Shown one piece after another: positions 57,420-64,000 of a stretch of DNA of 64,000 nt. Location of the stretch: NCBI GenBank assembly GCA_963836075.1, contig CAWIIB010000009.1, positions 480,001 to 544,000 of the forward strand, in the 5' to 3' direction. Source of the stretch: an uncultured Acidobacteriota bacterium. Lineage in GTDB: Bacteria > Acidobacteriota > JAQAZP01. The notes under the pieces were generated by a model that was given only the letters and a program-made list of their open reading frames with translations, was not told the origin of the DNA and did no database searches. The translations under genes were made by a program, and so were the position numbers. How positions within the stretch are numbered: the first letter of the stretch is position 1; each line of letters opens with the position of its first letter.

Positions 57420-57830
57420 GTGAAACGGTGGATGACGTTGGTGGTGTGTCTTCTGGCGCTGGTCCTGGTGACCGGCTGCGGCGGCAAATACTCGGACGTG
57501 AAAAAGGCCAACGAGGAATACATCGAGATCATCGAGGAATACATCGCTGCGCTGGACAAGGCCGACGACTCAAAAAGCGTGGTCAAGGCGATGAACAACT
57601 TCAGTGACGACCTGGAAGAGCTCTGGCCCAGAATGCAGGAGATGGCCGAGAAATACCCCGAACTGAAGAACGAAGAGGATCTCCCCGAAGAGCTGAAAGA
57701 GTCGCAGGACCGGGCCGAGGAAGTGAGCACCAAGATGGCCAACAGCTTCATGAAACTGATGAAGTACATGGATGACCCGGAAGTGATGGCCGCCCAGGAA
57801 CGCATGGGCAAAATCATGATGCAGCAGTAA
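57420..57830 (+). CDS. Helical lipoprotein of unknown function
   Basis: GGAGG RBS, GTG start, lipobox VTGC. Confidence 0.82.
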   Translation: MKRWMTLVVCLLALVLVTGCGGKYSDVKKANEEYIEIIEEYIAALDKADDSKSVVKAMNNFSDDLEELWPRMQEMAEKYPELKNEEDLPEELKESQDRAEEVSTKMANSFMKLMKYMDDPEVMAAQERMGKIMMQQ

Positions 57831-57865
57831 CCGGCTCCCCTGGCCGGGATTCACCAGGGGGGATC

Positions 57866-60064
57866 ATGAGCCGCTGGCGAATGGTTGGATCGGTCATTTC
57901 CCTCGTGCTGCTCGCCCTGCCGGGTGCTGCGGCGGGGGATACCGCCGACCCGGGCCCCCCCTGCGAACTCCAGTGGCTCGACCCCTTCGAGGCCCCCGGC
58001 AGCCGCTTCCCCAACTACGCCTGCCACATCGACGACCAACTGCTGGTCCTCGGCGATGCCGATCTCGATTTCGGTGCCGTCCACATCTACCGCCGGGAGG
58101 GCCTGACCTGGGTCTACGATGAACTGTTGCTCCCCGACAAGCCGATCGAGGACATCGCCTTCGGTTACCGCATCGCCCTGGATGGTGACCGGCTGCTGGT
58201 GGGCGCCCCGCTCTACGGCAGCATCGGTGACCATCCGGGTGCGGTGTACGCCTTCCGGCGCATTGGCGGCGACTGGGTCGAGGAGGAGATCATCGTCCCC
58301 GGCGACGAGCCCAGTCGGGCCTGGTTCGGTTCAGAGATCGCCATCTCCGGCAACCTGGCGGCCGTCGCAGCGTCCTCCCGGGACAATGGTGCGGTTTACG
58401 ATGCCGGAGCGATCTACATCTTTGAGGACAGCGGCAGCGGGTGGACCGAGCAGGGCCTGATCACCCTCCCGGACCCCAGGGAGGATGAAATGTTCGGCCG
58501 GGATCTGGCCTTTGCCGGCGAACGGATCTTCGCCGCCCAACGATGGCGTGACCACTCGGGCGTTGCCTCCGGTTCGGTGTATATCTTTAAAGAGGATGGG
58601 GCTTCCTGGATCGAGGAGGATGTCATCTGGGCCGATGATGCGGAGCAGGGCGACCTCTTCGGCTTCGATGTGGCCGCGGACGGCGACCGGGTTCTGGTCG
58701 GGGCCCCGGGATCCAGCGGCCCCACCGCCCAGAGCGGGATAGCCCATATCTTCCGCAATGACGGTGGGAACTGGGTGGAGGAGGACCGTCTCGTCGACAG
58801 CGAAAGCTGGGGCGAGGATTATCTGGGGTCCTGTGTCGAGTTCACCGCTGGCCTGGCCATCGTCGGGATACCCCGTTTCCAGCCGTTCGGGTCCTGCCTG
58901 ATCTTCGAGCAGCAGGGCTCCCAGTGGCTTCCGGCCGAACGGGTCAGCCCCACCCTGGAATTCGACGTGAGCGCCTTCGGTTCCGGCCTCTCCTGTCACG
59001 GTGGTTTCCTGCTGGTCAGCGGCCAGGACAATGCCGCGGTGTACGGCACTACCTCCGAGACCTGTTGCCCCCTGGTGCTGGTGGCGCCTGGACCGGCCGA
59101 GGCCAATCCCGCACGTATCCGCGCGTTCGACACCTACGGAAATCCCTATGCCGCCACGGATTTCACCGCATACCAGTCGTACGGGTACGGCGTCCGGCTG
59201 ACCACCGGCCGTTTCCTCGGCTACAACGATTACCCGGAAATCATCACCGGACCCGGGCCGGGGGAAAACAACCCTCCCCGGGTGTCGATGTTTTCAAACC
59301 GGGGTCAGCATATCGAAATGGACTTCACGGCGTACGGTGTGCCGAAATACGGGGTGAACGTGGCCTGCGGCGACCTGGACGGGGACGGTGACGACGAGAT
59401 TGTCACCGGCGCCGGGCCGGGTGCGGTCTTCGGCCCCCACGTCCGCGGCTGGCGCTGGGAGGATGATGTCTGGCCCATGACAAACGTCAACTTCCTGGCC
59501 TACGGCACCAACAAGTATGGCGTCAACGTGGCCTGCGGCGACATCGACGCCGACGGGATGGCCGAAATCATCACCGGCGCCGGGCCGGGAGCGGTCTTCG
59601 GCCCCCACGTCCGCGGCTGGGACGTGGACGGCGGCACGGCCGCGCCGATCCCCGGGGTCAACTACTTTGCCTACGGCACGCCGAAGTGGGGTGTCAACGT
59701 GGCCTGCGGTGACATCGACGGGGACGGCTATGACGAGATCATCACCGGCGCCGGGCCGGGAGCGGTCTTCGGCCCCCACGTCCGGGCCTGGAATCATGAC
59801 GGAAGCGGGATCGCCCCCATCCCCGGGGTCAGCTATTTCGCCTACGGCACGAACAAGTTCGGCGTACGGGTGACCGCCGGTGATCTGGACTACGACGGGA
59901 TCGACGAAATCGTCACCACTCCGGGCCCCGGCGCCGTGTTCGGGTCGCACGTCCGCGGCTGGAATTACGATGGCCAGACGCTCTCGGCAATCTCCACGAT
60001 GAGCTTTTTCGCCTACGACGGTTCCATGCGCTACGGGGCCGATGTGGCACTGCTCGACCGCTGA
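57866..60064 (+). CDS. Secreted double FG-GAP repeat protein
   Basis: Signal peptide; N-terminal FG..VGAP..GAVY repeats; C-terminal YGVNVACGDIDGDG..TGAGPGAVFGPHVRGW repeats. Confidence 0.88.
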   Translation: MSRWRMVGSVISLVLLALPGAAAGDTADPGPPCELQWLDPFEAPGSRFPNYACHIDDQLLVLGDADLDFGAVHIYRREGLTWVYDELLLPDKPIEDIAFGYRIALDGDRLLVGAPLYGSIGDHPGAVYAFRRIGGDWVEEEIIVPGDEPSRAWFGSEIAISGNLAAVAASSRDNGAVYDAGAIYIFEDSGSGWTEQGLITLPDPREDEMFGRDLAFAGERIFAAQRWRDHSGVASGSVYIFKEDGASWIEEDVIWADDAEQGDLFGFDVAADGDRVLVGAPGSSGPTAQSGIAHIFRNDGGNWVEEDRLVDSESWGEDYLGSCVEFTAGLAIVGIPRFQPFGSCLIFEQQGSQWLPAERVSPTLEFDVSAFGSGLSCHGGFLLVSGQDNAAVYGTTSETCCPLVLVAPGPAEANPARIRAFDTYGNPYAATDFTAYQSYGYGVRLTTGRFLGYNDYPEIITGPGPGENNPPRVSMFSNRGQHIEMDFTAYGVPKYGVNVACGDLDGDGDDEIVTGAGPGAVFGPHVRGWRWEDDVWPMTNVNFLAYGTNKYGVNVACGDIDADGMAEIITGAGPGAVFGPHVRGWDVDGGTAAPIPGVNYFAYGTPKWGVNVACGDIDGDGYDEIITGAGPGAVFGPHVRAWNHDGSGIAPIPGVSYFAYGTNKFGVRVTAGDLDYDGIDEIVTTPGPGAVFGSHVRGWNYDGQTLSAISTMSFFAYDGSMRYGADVALLDR

Positions 60065-60167
60065 TGTCCCCACCCGTCTCACCCCCGTTGATTTTATTTT
60101 TCAAAGGGATAGAATCCCTGAGACACTTCCGCCCTGACTGAGACACCCACGCAGTGACGGAGAGCCA

Positions 60168-62021
60168 ATGCCCCGGAAAATGAAAATCCTCTTTATCTGC
60201 CTGACCAACTCCACCCGGAGCCAGATGGCCGAAGCCCTGCTCCGGGCCAGGGCGGGGGACCGGGCCGAGGCATTCAGCGCCGGGATCGAACCGTCAGAGC
60301 TCCACCCGCTGGCCATCCAGGTGCTGGAGGAGGCCGGCGTCCCGGTGGAACACCAGCGGGCCAAGTCCATCGGCCAGCTGGAAGAGGGGATGTTCGACCT
60401 GGTGATCACCCTCTGCAACGACGCCCGGGAAGCCTGTTTCTCTCCCGAGCGCACCGGCGAGGAAGAGCAGAAGCGGCTCTTCTCCGGGGTGCCGATCTAC
60501 CTCCACTGGCCGGTGCGCGAACCGGCCGACGGAGCCGGCTCGGCCCGGGAAGCGCTGGACGCCTTCCGCTCGGTCCGCGACCTGGTGGGCAAGCGGTTGG
60601 ACGACCTGGTGAGCTGCGGCTATCTCGACGCCTTTGCCCGGGAACGCGAGCGACTGCAGCTCTTTGTCGACATCCAGCAGAGCGGCATCCTGATCCACGA
60701 CGAAAACCGCCGGATCTTCCTGGTCAACGATGCCCTGCTGCGCATCACCGGTCGCTCCCGGGACGACCTCATCGGCCGCGAGTGCCAGGACGTCTTCCCG
60801 CCCGACGGCCTCTGCGGGGACAACTGCAGTTTCTGCGACGGCAAGGGCGGCGTCACCGAAGAGATGGAATACCGCTTCCGTTTTGCCGACGCCCGGGGCA
60901 AGCAGAAGCAACTGCGGGTCATCGCCCGGCCGCTGGAGATGGAGCCGGGCAAGTACGGCGTGGTGGCCCTGGTGCGCGACGAGACCGAGGTGAGCCGGCT
61001 GCGCACCCGGCTCTCCGGTCAAAAGACCTTCCACCATATGGTGGGTGTCTCCCCGGCCATCCGCGAGGTCTTCGGGATGATCGAGTCGGTGAGCCACTCC
61101 GACTACCCGGTGCTGATCACCGGCGATAGCGGCACCGGCAAGGAGCTGGTGGCCGCGGCGATCCACCGCGAGAGCGGCCGCCGGGGCGGCCCCTTCGTCC
61201 CGGTGAACTGCGGGGCCCTGCCGGAGAACATCCTGGAGAGCGAACTGTTCGGCCACGTGCGGGGCGCCTTCACCGGCGCCATCCGGGACAAGAAAGGCCG
61301 CTTTGAGCTGGCCGGGAGCGGCACGCTCTTCCTTGACGAGGTGGGCGAACTGTCTCCGCCGGTGCAGATCAAACTGCTGCGGGTCCTGCAGGAGAAGGTG
61401 ATCGAGCGGGTGGGCGGCGAGAAGCCGATCCCGGTGGATGTCAGGATCATCAGCGCCACCAACAGGGACCTGCGGGAGATGGTGGGCCAGGGCTCGTTTC
61501 GCGAAGACCTCTTCTACCGCCTCTGCGTGGTGCCCATGGCCCTGCCGCCGCTGCGTGAGCGGCGGGAGGACATCGCCCCGCTGGTGGTCCACTTCCTCGA
61601 GCGGATCAGCCGCGAGACCGGCCGGGAGTTTCTCCAGGTGGATGACGGGGCCCTGGAATGCCTGCTCAACCACCACTGGCCGGGCAATGTGCGCGAGCTG
61701 ATCAACGCCCTGCAGTTCGCCGCGGTGCGCTCCACCGGCGAAATACTCCGCCCCGAGCACCTACCCCCGGAGGTGCGGTTCCGGCCGACCACGGCCCGTT
61801 CCACCCAACCCGTCCCGCTGACCGGCCCCGGAGAGGGCCCGCCGGTGTCATTCCCCCCCACCCCCCGGGGACAGCGGGTCAAGCTGACCATGGCCATGGT
61901 GGAGCAGGCCCTGGGGGAGACCGGCGGCAACAAAGTCCGGGCGGCCAGACTGCTCGGTGTGGGCCGGGCCACGCTCTACCGCTTCCTCGATGCCCAGAAA
62001 AAGAACCCCTCCGTCTCCTGA
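60168..62021 (+). CDS. Sigma-54 enhancer-binding protein with N-terminal ArsC/LMW-PTP and PAS domains
   Basis: CLTNSTRSQMAE (CX5R), TLCNDAREAC, HWPV; Cys-rich PAS; GDSGTGKE, GAFTGA, HTH. Confidence 0.88.
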   Translation: MPRKMKILFICLTNSTRSQMAEALLRARAGDRAEAFSAGIEPSELHPLAIQVLEEAGVPVEHQRAKSIGQLEEGMFDLVITLCNDAREACFSPERTGEEEQKRLFSGVPIYLHWPVREPADGAGSAREALDAFRSVRDLVGKRLDDLVSCGYLDAFARERERLQLFVDIQQSGILIHDENRRIFLVNDALLRITGRSRDDLIGRECQDVFPPDGLCGDNCSFCDGKGGVTEEMEYRFRFADARGKQKQLRVIARPLEMEPGKYGVVALVRDETEVSRLRTRLSGQKTFHHMVGVSPAIREVFGMIESVSHSDYPVLITGDSGTGKELVAAAIHRESGRRGGPFVPVNCGALPENILESELFGHVRGAFTGAIRDKKGRFELAGSGTLFLDEVGELSPPVQIKLLRVLQEKVIERVGGEKPIPVDVRIISATNRDLREMVGQGSFREDLFYRLCVVPMALPPLRERREDIAPLVVHFLERISRETGREFLQVDDGALECLLNHHWPGNVRELINALQFAAVRSTGEILRPEHLPPEVRFRPTTARSTQPVPLTGPGEGPPVSFPPTPRGQRVKLTMAMVEQALGETGGNKVRAARLLGVGRATLYRFLDAQKKNPSVS

Positions 62022-62494
62022 TCCACGAACCTCCAGGGATAGTTTTTACGTTGTGCGTACGTTCTTGCCCCGCCGAGGTTGTGCCCCGGCAGCGGCCTCT
62101 TTCCACAGAAGGCAACATTCCCTACCGAATTAATAGGGTTTATTCCTTTTATTCATTGCCCTGGAATCAATTCCACCTTCCGGAGAGCAACAACGTACCG
62201 ACGACGTCCCCCCCAAAAAAACTTCCCTGGCGCCGCAAAATCCAGATAATAGATACATCACGTCGATCATGTGGTTGGCAGTTCACCACGTGGCCGGCAA
62301 ACGACTCTCAAGTTTTTCAGTTTTTTCAAACCGAAGAGGCCCCAAGCGGGGCAAACGCAGTGCCTGGGGGGCAATGGTGCTTCCTCAGGTTCCGGTCATG
62401 GTTGAACGTTACGTATTTACGTATTCGCGAACCCGTGGCTGATGGAAGACAACACGGCCCATAATCGGGCTGCAACAACGAGTGGAGATAGCAG

Positions 62495-64000
62495 ATGAAA
62501 AGTTTTTGGACCAGAACTCTGACAGCCACCCTCTGTATGTTGATCCTGGTGCTTCCGGCGATGGCGTCCGATGCACCACTGAGAAATGGGAAGATCCAGC
62601 CGACCGGCCTCGCCTCATCCCCGGCCGAAGCGGCCCATATGATGGCCAGCGTGCAGCGCTCGACCAGTACTGCCCGGCAGCGGATGCAGCTGTCGAATAT
62701 CGGCGGCCTGGGACTTCAGGCATTGCGGGACAGTTGGACGCCCGCACCCGGTTACGCGACACCGGAAATGCAGATGACGAACATCGGCAAAGAGTCGATG
62801 CGCACCTTCGAGGGCCACGACCTCGGTTCGTTGAGCGATGGGGTGGTCACCGCCACGGCCATTCTCTACGCGCCCTCCCAGCCTGACAACCCGGCCTTCC
62901 GCACGGCGCTCTCCGCCTGCACCGGCGCCACCGTCGATTACTTCGATGCCAGTGCCGGCACCCCGAGCGTGGCCCTGCTCTCGGCCTATGACTGCGTGTA
63001 CGTCTGGGGCAACTATGCCTTTGCCGATGCCGTCCTCTACGGCGACAACCTCGCGGCTTACGTGGACGTCGGCGGCAAGGTGATCCTCGGCCAGTGGTGC
63101 TACCACACCACTCAGATCAACTGGCTGGAGGGTGCGATCATGACCCCGGCCTACTGCCCCATCACCGCAACGGGTTATGAAAGCGGAGCCTACAACGGCG
63201 ACGGCGGCGACTGCGTCCACGGCGGCGTCGGCGCCTACGATTCCTCCTATTTCGACGCCTGCACGCCGATCGGCGGCGCCTTCTCCGACGGGACATTCAA
63301 CAACCCCTCGAACAGCCTGGCCGTGGCCTGGCGCGCCGACCGCGCCGTCTACTACAGCCCGGGCTTCACCGGCACCGACTACGGCACCGGTGACTGGGCC
63401 ACGTTGGCCTGCAACATGTGCGACTGCACCGCCGGCGGCGGCTGGGGCATCCTCTACGCGCCCACCGAAAATGACAACCCGACCTTCCGCGCTGATGTCG
63501 CCGCCTGTTCGGGTAAAAACGTCGACTATTACGACGCGCGCACTGGCACCCCGACCGTGGCCGAGCTGATGGCCTACGATTGCGTGTTCACCTGGACGAA
63601 CGGCGCCTATGCCGACGCCACCACTTTCGGCAACAACCTCGCCGCCTACGTCGACGCCGGCGGTAAGGTGATCCTCGGCCAGTGGACCCTGCAGAGCGAC
63701 CAGGCCTACTTCCTGGGCGGCGCGATCATGACCGCGGCCTACTGCCCGGTCACCACGAGCACCAGTTACGACTCGGGTGCCTACAACGGCGACGGCACTG
63801 ACTGCGTGCACGGCGGCGTTGGCGCCTACGACACGACCTATCTCGACGTCGCCACGGCGATCGGCGGAGCTTCCTCCGACGGGACGTTCAACAACGGTTC
63901 GAACAGCCTGGCCGTGGCCTGGCGCGCCGACCGCGGCGTCTACTACAGCCCGGGCAACACCGGCAACACTTACGGCACCGGTGAATGGGCCGAGTTGATC
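62495..64000 (+). CDS. Secreted protein with tandem ~196-aa repeats, 3'-truncated by window edge (absent from ORF track)
   Basis: Manual translation MKSFWTRTLTATLCMLILVLPAMA.. stays open to the end; GGAG RBS; repeats start ILYAP at 62861 and 63449. Confidence 0.88.
   Translation, partial: MKSFWTRTLTATLCMLILVLPAMASDAPLRNGKIQPTGLASSPAEAAHMMASVQRSTSTARQRMQLSNIGGLGLQALRDSWTPAPGYATPEMQMTNIGKESMRTFEGHDLGSLSDGVVTATAILYAPSQPDNPAFRTALSACTGATVDYFDASAGTPSVALLSAYDCVYVWGNYAFADAVLYGDNLAAYVDVGGKVILGQWCYHTTQINWLEGAIMTPAYCPITATGYESGAYNGDGGDCVHGGVGAYDSSYFDACTPIGGAFSDGTFNNPSNSLAVAWRADRAVYYSPGFTGTDYGTGDWATLACNMCDCTAGGGWGILYAPTENDNPTFRADVAACSGKNVDYYDARTGTPTVAELMAYDCVFTWTNGAYADATTFGNNLAAYVDAGGKVILGQWTLQSDQAYFLGGAIMTAAYCPVTTSTSYDSGAYNGDGTDCVHGGVGAYDTTYLDVATAIGGASSDGTFNNGSNSLAVAWRADRGVYYSPGNTGNTYGTGEWAELI

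Noticed and set aside
23876-63811. Long antisense ORFs (e.g. 23876-25561 +, 32692-34329 +, 48027-49727 -, 60294-61760 -, 62615-63811 -)
   Set aside because: They are shadows of well-supported genes on the other strand, expected from high GC3 codon bias, and carry no recognisable motifs.

Overview
High-GC bacterial window, probably a long-read metagenomic contig, because many conserved genes are broken by single-base indels. The gene content (cyclic beta-1,2-glucan synthase, PEP-CTERM, indolepyruvate:ferredoxin oxidoreductase, Hmc/Tmc-like complex, sulfatase-TPR, several sigma-54 activators) suggests a diderm anaerobe, e.g. Acidobacteriota or Desulfobacterota-like; this is inference only. In order: a frameshifted Cgs/NdvB gene, an MFS transporter, a tiny (GGGH)-repeat PEP-CTERM protein under a sigma-54 promoter, a MarR-TolC-MFP-RND efflux operon, a block of housekeeping and oxidative-stress genes (DUF72, methyltransferase, SDR, nitrilase, PIG-L, PNPOx-like, MsrBA, triple-rubredoxin flavoreductase), iorAB, and a sigma-54/IHF-driven operon (NifX/ORP-like, CCG Fe-S, NarI-like, HybA-like, NrfD fused to a hexaheme cytochrome, kinases and regulators). 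Its likely OrpR-type activator is separated from it by a ~4.3-kb insert of secreted repeat proteins. The two intact insert proteins share an unrecognised ~120-aa C-terminal domain, and each gene is followed after an identical 81-nt spacer by a conserved 54-bp IHF-box motif. After that come an APC permease, a sulfatase-TPR, a sigma-54-controlled MacAB-type ABC exporter with its two-component system, FG-GAP proteins, an ArsC-PAS-AAA+ sigma-54 activator fusion and a secreted tandem-repeat protein running off the end. Two families of intergenic palindromic repeats are present. No tRNA, rRNA, CRISPR array or transposase was recognised.
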